Made by a program: the position numbers and the translations under genes
Notes under the pieces: generated by a model
Told to the model about the DNA's origin: nothing
Seen by the model: the letters and a program-made list of their open reading frames with translations, nothing else
Databases searched by the model: none
In this document: positions 1 to 9,519 of the stretch, piece by piece
Layout: every line of letters starts with the position of its first letter
Numbering within the stretch: position 1 is the first letter of the stretch
IMG/VR virus record: IMGVR_UViG_3300023049_000387
Location: 1 to 64,000 of that record
DNA from: an uncultured virus (IMG/VR IMGVR_UViG_3300023049_000387)
Lineage: Duplodnaviria; Heunggongvirae; Uroviricota; Caudoviricetes
Length of the DNA: 64,000 nt
Direction: 5' to 3' (one strand)

Positions 1-40
1 ATTCCGAAAGGTATTGTGGGTTCGAGTCCCACTACGCCCA
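1..40 (+). tRNA. 3' part of a class II tRNA (long variable arm), truncated by window edge
   Basis: variable-arm hairpin, T-arm GTGGG-TTCGAGT-CCCAC, 3' acceptor strand; anticodon outside window. Confidence 0.8.
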
Positions 41-50
41 CTTAGTACAT

Positions 51-123
51 GCTCCGTTCGTCTAGTGGACTAGGACCCCAGGCTTTCAACTTGGTAACGG
101 GAGTTCAATTCTCCCACGGAGTA
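51..123 (+). tRNA. tRNA-Glu(TTC)
   Basis: acceptor GCTCCGT/ACGGAGT, anticodon arm CCAGG-CTTTCAA-CTTGG, T-loop TTCAATT. Confidence 0.92.
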
Positions 124-205
124 CTAGTTTTAATATTGTTTAAAATAGGATTATAATAATATAATGCTTATATTTGCCTATTATTTAATTTTAAAAAGCT
201 TTTAA

Positions 206-370
206 ATGGAAAAAAACACAATACAAGATTTTAAGTGTGTATATGTTTATAGAACTGGTAAAAAAATACATGAATGTGTATTTAAAGCCTACAATGTTGA
301 GCAAGCTAAGACACATTTTTCGTTTTTTTATCCGAAAAGGATATTGAAAGAAATTGAATTACAAAAATAA
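206..370 (+). CDS. small hypothetical protein (54 aa, MEKNTIQDF...)
   Basis: ORF read from sequence; TATATTTG motif upstream (~169-176); abuts next ORF. Confidence 0.5.
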   Translation: MEKNTIQDFKCVYVYRTGKKIHECVFKAYNVEQAKTHFSFFYPKRILKEIELQK

Positions 371-376
371 ATTATT

Positions 377-595
377 ATGGTTTTAAAAATAGAGATAGAA
401 GGAATTGGCGAATTCGACATAAAACATGATTTGTTACATCGAGGTAATCGACCAAGACTGAAAACTTACCATAAAGGGATATTTAGAGAAGTATCTTTTA
501 ATAGCTTTGAAGACTATCTGAATCCTACCTATCAGAGAGGATTTGATTATGAAGGAACTGAGATACAGATTAAAATTTTAGAAAATACAGATTAA
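377..595 (+). CDS. hypothetical protein
   Basis: ORF track; N-terminus (IEIEGIG) resembles that of ORF 21794. Confidence 0.6.
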   Translation: MVLKIEIEGIGEFDIKHDLLHRGNRPRLKTYHKGIFREVSFNSFEDYLNPTYQRGFDYEGTEIQIKILENTD

Positions 596-642
596 TTTAA
601 GAGGGAGAGTAAACTTTTAATATATAGTGTAATATAACAATT

Positions 643-717
643 ATGAGAACAATTAATAACATAGCAATAATAGCGATAGGCAAAGGGAAAACTCATTGGC
701 TGGGAATTGTTATGTAA
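643..717 (+). CDS. attenuator leader peptide 1 (24 aa, MRTINNIAIIAIGKGKTHWLGIVM)
   Basis: short ORF between a TAATATATA motif (618-626) and a terminator; ATA/GCN/GGN-rich, matching downstream tRNA-Ile(TAT), Ala, Gly. Confidence 0.75.
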   Translation: MRTINNIAIIAIGKGKTHWLGIVM

Positions 718-740
718 TTAATTTAATTATAAATTATCAT

Positions 741-774
741 AAACCCAGTCAGAAATGACTGGGTTTTTTATTTT
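741..774 (+). terminator. attenuator terminator upstream of tRNA cluster
   Basis: AAACCCAGTCA-GAAA-TGACTGGGTTT + T tract; 5' arm can alternatively pair with TGGCTGGG (697-704). Confidence 0.85.
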
Positions 775-783
775 ATTATAAAT

Positions 784-857
784 TGGTATGTAGCTTAGAT
801 GGTAAAAGCACATGGCTTATATCCATGAGATAGTGGGTTCGATACCCATCATACCAA
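784..857 (+). tRNA. tRNA-Ile(TAT)
   Basis: acceptor TGGTATG/CATACCA, anticodon arm CATGG-CTTATAT-CCATG. Confidence 0.88.
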
Positions 858-865
858 CAAAATAA

Positions 866-939
866 GCAGGTAACGCATAAGTGATGGTGCACTAGCCTTC
901 CAAGCTAGAATAGAATCGGTTTGATCCCGATTACCTGCT
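866..939 (+). tRNA. tRNA-Gly(TCC)
   Basis: acceptor GCAGGTA/TACCTGC, anticodon arm CTAGC-CTTCCAA-GCTAG. Confidence 0.85.
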
Positions 940-950
940 CGATATAAAAT

Positions 951-1024
951 GCAAATGTAGCTCAATTGGCTAGAGTGTCTGATTTCCATTCAGAAAGTTG
1001 TAGGTTCGAATCCTATCATTTGCT
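951..1024 (+). tRNA. tRNA-Gly(TCC)
   Basis: acceptor GCAAATG/CATTTGC, anticodon arm TCTGA-TTTCCAT-TCAGA. Confidence 0.88.
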
Positions 1025-1031
1025 CATTAAT

Positions 1032-1109
1032 GGGGGATTAGCTCAGTCTGGTCGTAAGCGATAGCTTTGCAAGCTGTGTCATACATCGGTTCAAATCCGA
1101 TATCCTCCA
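1032..1109 (+). tRNA. tRNA-Ala(TGC)
   Basis: acceptor GGGGGAT/ATCCTCC with G3:U70, anticodon loop TTTGCAA. Confidence 0.88.
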
Positions 1110-1401
1110 CAGGTTAATTAAAAAAAACAATAATTATAGAAGATTTGAGTGCGAGATAGATAGAGAGAGGAGTAATTACTAAATTTGCATCAGATGAATT
1201 GGAGAAGTTGTCTAAAAATCATCAGGCTAGAAAATATCAAAGCTTCACTATAGATAGGTGAGTTGTTGATATTGTGGACATGTCACCGATTTCTAAGCTA
1301 ACAAATTCAGTAGATGTGATAGTTTATGGTGGTGATTCATTAATGGAGATTTCTTAGAAACATATTAATAATATATATATAGAGAAAATGTACATATTAT
1401 T

Positions 1402-2157
1402 ATGATTATAAGATTTAGAAGTAGAGGAGAAAAAGTTAAGGATTTGCAAAACTTGTTAGGACTAAAACCTGATGGTATATTTGGTCCTAACACTTTGAAA
1501 GCTTTGAAGAATTTTCAAAGAGATAATGGATTAAGCGTAGATGGTATAGTTGGTCCTAATACTTGGTCTGTTTTAGTAAAAAACGATAAGAATAGAATAA
1601 GACCAATTTACGATGTTGATCTAAACGAAGAAGATTCTGTATCTGATCCAGAGTGTATGTTCTGTGTAGAAGATATTGAGGAAACACAACCTTTGTCCCC
1701 TAGTACAAGGGAACTTATAAACCTAATAGAATCTAGTGATATTACTAGGAATATAAAAAGGCTTGTTTTCCATTGTACTGCAACATCTCAAAAAGCTACT
1801 GTATCTGCCATTGTGAATTATTGGAAGAATACACTTGGGTGGCGTTCACCAGGTTATCATATAATTGTTAGGCCAGATGGAACTTGGAATCAACTACTAG
1901 ACTTTAACAGAGTCTCTAATGGTGTTCGTGGTATCAATTCTACTACTATAAATATATCATATATTGGTGGTGTTGACCGAAATGGTAGAGCATTGGATAA
2001 TAGAACTAAAAAGCAAAAGGATGTCTATGAAACCATTTATAGAGCTTTTAAGCATAAATTACCTAGAATAACATTTCATGGACATAATGAATTTTCATCA
2101 AAAGCATGTCCATCTTTTAATGTTAAAAATTGGATAAAGTCTTTAAGAGTAATTTAA
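1402..2157 (+). CDS. endolysin: peptidoglycan-binding domain + N-acetylmuramoyl-L-alanine amidase (Amidase_2)
   Basis: PG_binding_1 motifs (DGIFGPNT, DGIVGPNTW); T7-lysozyme-like HCTA, GYH, GHNEF..KACPSF. Confidence 0.9.
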   Translation: MIIRFRSRGEKVKDLQNLLGLKPDGIFGPNTLKALKNFQRDNGLSVDGIVGPNTWSVLVKNDKNRIRPIYDVDLNEEDSVSDPECMFCVEDIEETQPLSPSTRELINLIESSDITRNIKRLVFHCTATSQKATVSAIVNYWKNTLGWRSPGYHIIVRPDGTWNQLLDFNRVSNGVRGINSTTINISYIGGVDRNGRALDNRTKKQKDVYETIYRAFKHKLPRITFHGHNEFSSKACPSFNVKNWIKSLRVI

Positions 2158-2285
2158 TTAGTATATATTTGCATAGTAAGAATTCTAAAAGAAAGAAAAA
2201 TTATAATATTATTTTACTATATATCATGATGTTGCATGTTTTTAGATGAATTAACAACACTAATCACTTAATAATACAAATCTAT

Positions 2286-2714
2286 ATGACCACAATTCAA
2301 ACAAATAATATAATTAACTTTTATTTCAATATTAGCACTGAATGTGGTATTGATATATTACATCTATCACCAAGCTATCTTAGAGAAAAGTGGATACTCC
2401 ATATAGGAACTGATATTGAAAATAATAATATAACCAAAAGTGTTAAGTTGGATACTTGGACTAAAATATGGGGTGTTACTGATAAAAATACAACATCAAT
2501 ATATTATATAATTCTAGAATTAAATTCAGTTCCACTAAGGGAAGCTAATATAACGTCTGTAGTTAATAAAATTATTCCTTATATTGATGAAAATAAGATA
2601 AACAAAGAAGAATATAATGGTTTACACCCATCAATAAATAGTTGTAAGGATCAATGGATGATGAAGAAAGAAAACAAAAGATACTTAAATATTCAAATGT
2701 TATTGAATGACTGA
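2286..2714 (+). CDS. hypothetical protein
   Basis: ORF track. Confidence 0.6.
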   Translation: MTTIQTNNIINFYFNISTECGIDILHLSPSYLREKWILHIGTDIENNNITKSVKLDTWTKIWGVTDKNTTSIYYIILELNSVPLREANITSVVNKIIPYIDENKINKEEYNGLHPSINSCKDQWMMKKENKRYLNIQMLLND

Positions 2715-2737
2715 TATTTATATATAAGAGAAAAACA

Positions 2738-3193
2738 ATGAAATTAAGAAAGACTATAGCAACCACAATGAGAGGATATCTTAATGAGAATAATAGTAAT
2801 GAAAGTCATTTTTTATCTGAAAGTGAAAAATATGGCTCTTATGAAGGTATTATTCATTCTGATATAGAAAAAGTCAAGAATTAGTTCTCAAAACGAGGTA
2901 TTGACTACAATTCATATCTTAATCAAATTGAACTACCTGTAGCATTTTTAAACAATATAAATGTAGAATTAAAATATAGAGGAAAGGGATATGGTGATGA
3001 ACTATATTTTGATTTTGAACAGAATTGTTATTATTATAACACTAAATGCATAATATTAGAAAGTGATAGTGGCGAATCACAGAAGAAAGGTTTTAATTTG
3101 GACAATTGGTATGAAATCTTAGACTATGAGATAATTGGGGAAGAAAGTGGTAATTCAATTATGAAAAAAAAATTAATTAGTTCACAACGATGA
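2738..3193 (+). pseudogene. GNAT-family acetyltransferase interrupted by an in-frame TAG (2882-2884)
   Basis: frame continues through the TAG; acetyl-CoA motif NINVELKYRGKGYG and LDNWYE..Y. Confidence 0.65.
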
Positions 3194-3254
3194 TGGTGAT
3201 AATAGTGCTTTACTTAATTCTGATTATGAAATGATAATTATTTAAAAATAAATT

Positions 3255-3476
3255 ATGGGACTATACGATACAGTAAAAGTACCTTGCCCTTCATGTGGTG
3301 AGAAGAAAGATTTTCAAAGTAAGAGTGGTGATGGTTTTTTAGAAGTAGTTGATTTAGAAAACTGCCCATATGATATACTAGTAGGCGTAAACAGACATTC
3401 ACCCCATACTTGTAAGTGTGGAGAAATATTTAAAGTGGATTTAAATACTAGAAAAAGTGTAAAAACAGAAAAATAG
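3255..3476 (+). CDS. small Zn-ribbon phage protein
   Basis: MGLYDTV..CPSCG..FQSK..CKCG. Confidence 0.7.
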   Translation: MGLYDTVKVPCPSCGEKKDFQSKSGDGFLEVVDLENCPYDILVGVNRHSPHTCKCGEIFKVDLNTRKSVKTEK

Positions 3477-3733
3477 ACTATGATAATGTCCCAAATATCT
3501 ATTAAATAAGGGACTTTAAAAATTAGGTAATTTTATACATTGTTGTGCAGAGTAGGTTATTAATTTAATTATGAGATGAGTAGTATTAATTATATAAAAA
3601 ATACAACTTATTATCTGTTTGTAAGTATAAGTGTGTAAGTGCTACTTATGATAAACTTCTAATATCACAAACAATCAATTTTAATAAAAGCATATACTAG
3701 AAAATAGAAAATAAAAAATAATAAATTAAATAT

Positions 3734-4969
3734 ATGAATAACACATCAATTATAGATTCATTTACTGAGCTTAAGTCAGACAAAATGATTAATAAAATAG
3801 AGATAATGGAAATCCTAGACTCTGTTTTTAGATTTGAGTTTAGAAAAAAATATGATACAGATGAAAACTTTGATATAATTCTAAACCCAGATAACGGAGA
3901 TTTAGAAATATGGCAAAACAAAATCGTTGTACAAGATGGCGAGGTTGAAAACCACAATACTGAAATAGAAATTTCAGAAGTTCTTAAGGTGGAGTCAGAT
4001 TTTGAAATAGGGGAAGAATATCCACAAGAATTCAAAATATCAGAATTAGGAAGAAGATCTATATTAAGTTTAAGACAGAATCTAAAGGCTAGAATAAAAG
4101 ACTACGAAAATAAATCAACAATAGAGAAGTTTGAAGATATGATTGGATATATTTTCAATGCCGAAGTCCATCACATAAAAAGAAATATGGTTATATTACT
4201 AGATGATGAGGGTATTGAAATTTGTTTACCAAAAGATAATCAGATACCTGGTGAGTTTTACAGAAAAGGTGATACAATATCATTTGTGGTAGAAGAAGCT
4301 GAAATTAGAAACAATAAGCCATACATTATTGCATCAAGAACATCAAGTAAGTTTCTAGAAAGAATAATGGAACAAGAAATACCTGAAATATTCGATGGTC
4401 TAATAAATATAAAGAACATAGTTAGAGTACCTGGTATTAAAGCTAAGGTAGCAGTGGAAACATATGATGATAGAATTGATCCTGTTGGAACTTGTGTTGG
4501 TAGTAGAGGAAGTCGAATAATGGCAGTTACTAGAGAGCTAAATGGTGAGAGTATAGATATCATAAGCTACACAAATAATATGGATTTATATATAACTAGG
4601 TCGTTAAAACCAGCCGTTGTTAAATTTATAAAGGTAGAAGATGGTAAAGCTGACGTTCATTTAAATGGTGAAGATATTGGTAAGGCTATTGGTAAGAAAG
4701 GTTCTAATATAAGATTAACTAGCTTACTTACTGGTCTAGAAATAAATCTTATAAATGATGAGCAAGCTACAGAGGAAGATATAGATCTTATGGAATTTTC
4801 TGATGAAGTTGATTTATGGGTAATAAATGAATTTAAAAAAGCTGGTATAGATACTGCTAAATCATTACTATCTTATGGTTTTAGTGAACTTGTAAATATG
4901 ACAGATTTAGAGGATGTGACTATTGAGAAGATAATAAAAATAATCAAACAAGAATTTGTTGATAGTTAA
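3734..4969 (+). CDS. nusA: transcription termination/antitermination factor NusA
   Basis: NusA N-domain, S1, KH (RIDPVGTCVGSRGSRI; GKAIGKKGSNIRL), C-terminal HhH-like tail; 411 aa. Confidence 0.95.
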   Translation: MNNTSIIDSFTELKSDKMINKIEIMEILDSVFRFEFRKKYDTDENFDIILNPDNGDLEIWQNKIVVQDGEVENHNTEIEISEVLKVESDFEIGEEYPQEFKISELGRRSILSLRQNLKARIKDYENKSTIEKFEDMIGYIFNAEVHHIKRNMVILLDDEGIEICLPKDNQIPGEFYRKGDTISFVVEEAEIRNNKPYIIASRTSSKFLERIMEQEIPEIFDGLINIKNIVRVPGIKAKVAVETYDDRIDPVGTCVGSRGSRIMAVTRELNGESIDIISYTNNMDLYITRSLKPAVVKFIKVEDGKADVHLNGEDIGKAIGKKGSNIRLTSLLTGLEINLINDEQATEEDIDLMEFSDEVDLWVINEFKKAGIDTAKSLLSYGFSELVNMTDLEDVTIEKIIKIIKQEFVDS

Positions 4970-4978
4970 AACAAAATA

Positions 4979-5206
4979 ATGTCAAATAGAAACTATAAAA
5001 TAGATAAGGAAATCGAGGTAACACTTAAAGTTAAAGTAAAGATTAATTCTTGCAATGACTATAATAGGTTGAACGAATTACAAATAGAAAATAATGTATC
5101 TGATTTTAAAAATGATATTAAAGAACATCTGCTAGATAAGCTAAGAAATAGCTATCAAGAAGAAGTTACAATAGGTATTGATTTTTGGGATTATGAAGTA
5201 GATTAA
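4979..5206 (+). CDS. hypothetical protein
   Basis: ORF directly after nusA. Confidence 0.55.
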   Translation: MSNRNYKIDKEIEVTLKVKVKINSCNDYNRLNELQIENNVSDFKNDIKEHLLDKLRNSYQEEVTIGIDFWDYEVD

Positions 5207-5265
5207 TTAAATACCATAAAATACTTGTATAATATTTTTTATTTGTATATTTGTAAAAAAATAAT

Positions 5266-5535
5266 ATGAAAACTTTTAAGAAATCATTTATTATAATAGG
5301 ACTTGGCGTACTTAACATACTACATGCTAGCCTTCATATATTTCAATTTGTTCAATCTTTTATGCTTGTAAAGGCATCTATAGAACTACAAGACACACCA
5401 ACAAATCACAGTGGTTTATTTTCAGATTTACTACACAGTCCATATTTTACAATAGTTTGGGCATTAGTAGGCATCTTGACCTTATACATCGGTATCAAGG
5501 ATTTTATTCATCATAAAAAATGTAAAAATGGGTAG
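5266..5535 (+). CDS. small membrane protein (2 TM)
   Basis: two hydrophobic segments; TATATTTG upstream. Confidence 0.65.
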   Translation: MKTFKKSFIIIGLGVLNILHASLHIFQFVQSFMLVKASIELQDTPTNHSGLFSDLLHSPYFTIVWALVGILTLYIGIKDFIHHKKCKNG

Positions 5536-6433
5536 TTTTAATATAATATGTTCAATATCTAATACAGTCATAAGTGACGGCGATAGAGCAAGTATTCAGA
5601 TATTAGTCCCTGGTGGAAGTGAAAATTTCAATTCACATAAGAACATAATTGTATCAGAAAGTGGTACACAAGAGTTCTTCTCACCATTTGGGTTTCCAAT
5701 AAATGGTCGATATGATAGCTATGGAAGATTAAGACATATAGAAAATGACATAAATGTAGAAATGTTAGAAAAATTCTTTAACATAAATATATATGAATTA
5801 CTTAATCTAATACATTCTAGTAGTAGAACTTATGATGAAGAGGTTAAAAACACAGACATAATTGACAATTTGTTCATATCTTTTTTTAGAACAGAAGTCA
5901 TTGACTACATAGACAATGGAAGCCTAGATATAAATATTGACAACCCCGAAGAATATACTAGAGGTGCTTACATAAAAAGTATTTTAGATGGTATTGATGA
6001 TTATAACATAACAAACATATCAGAAAGAATATCATATATTGAAAGTATGGCAGAAGCTGATATTACAGAAGAAATTTCGAAAGAGTTTTTTGATTTAATA
6101 AGAAAACAAACTACAAGAAAAAAGACATATATTCAATCATTATGGCAATATAATATGTTTGAATTGCTACCAATTGATTTAATATTTAAAGACTATATAA
6201 TTAAACAATATAATCTTATTTCAACGATGACAAATGAATTGAAAGTATTATTGAGACCAAGCTTATATGGATCACAAGAAGGTGATGATTTATATAGATA
6301 CAAATTTAATAAAGAAATAAATAATCTAATCATTAATGATTTAGAATCAGAATCAGAATGGTTAGATGGTGAAGAAAAATCCATTATAAAGACACATAAT
6401 CGATCTGTCAAACTAGACAAATTGTATTCATAG
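5528..6433 (+). CDS. hypothetical phage protein
   Basis: 301-aa ORF, MGSFN..CSIS..GRYDSYG. Confidence 0.75.
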   Translation: MGSFNIICSISNTVISDGDRASIQILVPGGSENFNSHKNIIVSESGTQEFFSPFGFPINGRYDSYGRLRHIENDINVEMLEKFFNINIYELLNLIHSSSRTYDEEVKNTDIIDNLFISFFRTEVIDYIDNGSLDINIDNPEEYTRGAYIKSILDGIDDYNITNISERISYIESMAEADITEEISKEFFDLIRKQTTRKKTYIQSLWQYNMFELLPIDLIFKDYIIKQYNLISTMTNELKVLLRPSLYGSQEGDDLYRYKFNKEINNLIINDLESESEWLDGEEKSIIKTHNRSVKLDKLYS

Positions 6434-6697
6434 ATGAAATTTAATAAAGAAGATAGCCTTATTGGTATGCATTTTGTATACATGTCTGGATATGATAAGA
6501 ATCCTAAATTTGATAAGATAATAAAACTCGTTGAACCAGTAGGTTTAACTATACAAGAATTTATAAATAAAGCTTATTATCCTATAGATTCATATGTAAT
6601 TTCACAAAATGGCATAAGGTACGAAATGAGAGAGATAAAGCTAACTCCAATTAGTGAAATTAGAAAAAACAGATTAAAAAAATTAGGAATTAAATAG
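6434..6697 (+). CDS. hypothetical protein
   Basis: ORF abutting upstream gene. Confidence 0.6.
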   Translation: MKFNKEDSLIGMHFVYMSGYDKNPKFDKIIKLVEPVGLTIQEFINKAYYPIDSYVISQNGIRYEMREIKLTPISEIRKNRLKKLGIK

Positions 6698-6713
6698 ATA
6701 TATGTAATTAGTT

Positions 6714-7151
6714 ATGGCAGAACTTAAAAAGAAAAGAAAACGTTATAGATTAAATACATTTTTCTACATTGAAGTATATGATATAGCAGCACTTAGGAGT
6801 AAAAAACTAAATAAAGTAATGGGATTAGATAATAACATAAGACCCACCTATTTTAGTACACTAAGTAGAAATACTTCTATAAAGAATATATATCTTTCTA
6901 GCTTTTGGAAGAAGAAACAAAGTGCTATCAACCAAAAGGCTGCTATGAAAGAAATGTGTGATAAAAAGAATCTAACTATGGAAATAATCGAAATTAATAG
7001 ATTAGAGTTTATAAAATTAATACCGCTAAAAGTACCAGAGTGTTCAAAATGGGATATGGGATTATACATAATTAATATAGGCATTGTGCGTGATGAGAAA
7101 GCATATATGGAAACATTAAAGTGTAGGGAAATAGACAACATTAATGAATAA
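6714..7151 (+). CDS. hypothetical protein (possible paralog of 7144-7560)
   Basis: shared RY..F/YYIE.Y...LR..KL pattern. Confidence 0.6.
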   Translation: MAELKKKRKRYRLNTFFYIEVYDIAALRSKKLNKVMGLDNNIRPTYFSTLSRNTSIKNIYLSSFWKKKQSAINQKAAMKEMCDKKNLTMEIIEINRLEFIKLIPLKVPECSKWDMGLYIINIGIVRDEKAYMETLKCREIDNINE

Positions 7152-7560
7152 TCAAAATAAGACACGAATTAGATATCTATATTATATAGAAATGTACACA
7201 CTTGTACAATATAGAAGATTAAGGATTGCTCAAGTGTTGTCTCATCAAACAGAAACATTAGAGACCCTTTACTATAATGGACCTAGGGGATATATCGAAC
7301 CCCAAAATAATATATACTTTGCCTTATTTTTTAGAAGTTCAGAAAGTGCAAGGAAGTGTATAAACCTAGTTAGTGAGAATAACTACAAAAATTTTCAATT
7401 TATTATTAACAAAATTAGTTCGACTGACTTTGTTAATATAATACCAACTACAAAACCATTTAGGATAAACACAAGTCTTACATCAAGATACTACTATAGA
7501 AATAACCTAGGGCTAAGAAATGTTGAACTAACTCACTTAAAAGAATTAAATTTAAAATAA
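7144..7560 (+). CDS. hypothetical protein
   Basis: ORF overlapping upstream stop. Confidence 0.6.
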   Translation: MNNQNKTRIRYLYYIEMYTLVQYRRLRIAQVLSHQTETLETLYYNGPRGYIEPQNNIYFALFFRSSESARKCINLVSENNYKNFQFIINKISSTDFVNIIPTTKPFRINTSLTSRYYYRNNLGLRNVELTHLKELNLK

Positions 7561-7570
7561 TTAATACACT

Positions 7571-7945
7571 ATGGAAAGCATGGATACAAATATTAAAGAC
7601 ATTATAAGAGGTATTAAAATTGATATAGTTAATAATAGATATAAATGTATATCAGCATACAAAATACCAAAAGACGTTGAGCATTGGTTGAATTGTCCAA
7701 TTTGTGATTTAAAGCCACTTATATGGGAATTTAATAATGGATCTTCTACTGGTTGTGGCTGTGGTGAAAACCAATACAGAAACTTTAGTATTGTGACAGA
7801 ATCTATAATGTCACATATAAGTAGAAATAATGGATCTGCACTTAATTATGACCATCGTAAATTGAAAAATAACTGGAATCATTGGGTATGTACTAGAGAA
7901 GAACTAGAAACACACAAAGGATTATTAGAAGAGGGTAAGTGGTAG
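7571..7945 (+). CDS. Cys-containing hypothetical protein
   Basis: CPIC..CGCG motifs. Confidence 0.6.
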   Translation: MESMDTNIKDIIRGIKIDIVNNRYKCISAYKIPKDVEHWLNCPICDLKPLIWEFNNGSSTGCGCGENQYRNFSIVTESIMSHISRNNGSALNYDHRKLKNNWNHWVCTREELETHKGLLEEGKW

Positions 7946-7946
7946 T

Positions 7947-8288
7947 TTATTCCACAATATCTTCTGCTGTTTCTGATAGTGCTATACAAGCCTTTGCAGT
8001 TTCTTCGTGTTTAAACTCTAAACACCTATCAGCACAATAAACAGAACTTTCAAATACCAAATCCGATATATTAGAGAGATGGTGTGATTTATTCTCAAGT
8101 GCATACACAAAAGCTTCACATATCTTAATAAACTCTCCTAGGTCTACTGAAAAGGCTTTAACTTTAGTCTTTTCCATTGACTTATTTAGTAACTCTATAC
8201 AGCTATTAACATCATCTATTAGCTGAGAGTTATCATTTACCTCCTCTGTTTCTTCATTCTGTTCTAAAAACTTTTTAAGATGTATCAT
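7947..8288 (-). CDS. hypothetical protein with MxHLKKF.E N-terminus
   Basis: ORF; TAATATATA motif upstream. Confidence 0.65.
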   Translation of the reverse strand: MIHLKKFLEQNEETEEVNDNSQLIDDVNSCIELLNKSMEKTKVKAFSVDLGEFIKICEAFVYALENKSHHLSNISDLVFESSVYCADRCLEFKHEETAKACIALSETAEDIVE

Positions 8289-8404
8289 TATAATTTATTT
8301 ATTTACTTATATATTAAATATTTACATAGTAAACAGATACAAATGTTAAAGTATCCTTTTTATATAAACTTTTCCATAGGTATGTATATATTAATAAAGA
8401 AACT

Positions 8405-9076
8405 ATGGTAGAGTTATTACATTTTGATATAGAAACCACAAGTGAGTATGAAAACTTCGAATCATTTAAGGAAAACGATGAGAGGGGATCAGCTTTATTT
8501 GAAGCCAAATGCAAAAAAATGAATTGGATAGAAAAGTGTGGGAGTATAGAGCAAGCATACATTGAAAATGGTGGGATAATATCAACATATGGTAAGATAA
8601 TATGTATATCATTTGGATTTACCGTTAACGGAGAAAAAAGAATAAAATCGTTATACTCTGATAATGAAAAGGATTTAGTCAATAAGTTCAATGAATCTCT
8701 AAAATACATAGAAAAAAAAGCTTTTCATTTATGTGGATTCAGGATAAAACATTTTGATATTCCTTGGATATTACACAAATTACATAAATATGGTATAGAG
8801 CCAGTTGATATGATATATGTATATGATAAGAAACCATGGGAGATGAGAGTAGCTGATATGTCTGATGATTGGAAAACTGGTTACTTATTATCACATACCT
8901 TTGATGAAATGTGTTATGAATTAGGTGTGGAATCCCCTAAGAATGAACTAGATGGTTCTAAAGTCCATAAAGCATACTGGTCTGGTAATTTAGATTCAGT
9001 TGTAAAATACTGCGAATCAGATGTTTCATCATCAATTGATGCTGGGATTAAACTATATAAACATTATAAACATTAG
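8405..9076 (+). CDS. 3'-5' exonuclease (DnaQ/PolB-exo-like)
   Basis: ExoI FDIET, ExoII GFRIKHFDIP, ExoIII YCESDV. Confidence 0.88.
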   Translation: MVELLHFDIETTSEYENFESFKENDERGSALFEAKCKKMNWIEKCGSIEQAYIENGGIISTYGKIICISFGFTVNGEKRIKSLYSDNEKDLVNKFNESLKYIEKKAFHLCGFRIKHFDIPWILHKLHKYGIEPVDMIYVYDKKPWEMRVADMSDDWKTGYLLSHTFDEMCYELGVESPKNELDGSKVHKAYWSGNLDSVVKYCESDVSSSIDAGIKLYKHYKH

Positions 9077-9078
9077 AT

Positions 9079-9519
9079 ATGGGAGAAAAAATCACAAAAG
9101 GAGATTTATTTTTATTTACATCACATTATGATAATGGTCGTTCAGTCCATTACTATGGTTCACTTGTAGAAATAATTGGTATTGCAAGTAATAGCATAAT
9201 GATGGTAACTGGTGAAGGAGATTTAAACACTAAAGAGAAATTGCTTATAAGAATAATAAAGGATAGTAACTTTAAAGACATTGATTCTAGTAAATTTTCT
9301 AAAACGCTTGTAAAAGATTTAAAAATTAAATTTAAATTTAATCTAGAAAATGATACCATTGAAGCAGATTCACATGATGTGCACAAGATAAATATAGACT
9401 ATGGATTAGTTGAAATTGATAAAAAAATAGATAGGCTTTTAAAAGAGAAAACTCTTTACAATGACTTTCATATCAGGACAAGAAAGCTAAGGAAATTATT
9501 AGATGATTCTAATGACTAG
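9079..9519 (+). CDS. hypothetical protein
   Basis: ORF track. Confidence 0.6.
   Translation: MGEKITKGDLFLFTSHYDNGRSVHYYGSLVEIIGIASNSIMMVTGEGDLNTKEKLLIRIIKDSNFKDIDSSKFSKTLVKDLKIKFKFNLENDTIEADSHDVHKINIDYGLVEIDKKIDRLLKEKTLYNDFHIRTRKLRKLLDDSND

Noticed and set aside
2882..2884. Genome-wide TAG recoding suggested by the in-frame TAG
   Set aside because: TAG ends well-conserved genes at expected lengths (clpC, nrdB, cas6, SSB), long ORFs are intact in code 11, and no CTA-anticodon tRNA is seen.
3531..3541. Match to the putative TnpB guide (TTTTATACATT)
   Set aside because: 11-nt AT-rich match is expected by chance.
3182..3548. attC-like CACAAC/GTTGTG ends around ORF 3255-3476
   Set aside because: No convincing paired attC structure, no repeats of it, no integrase.
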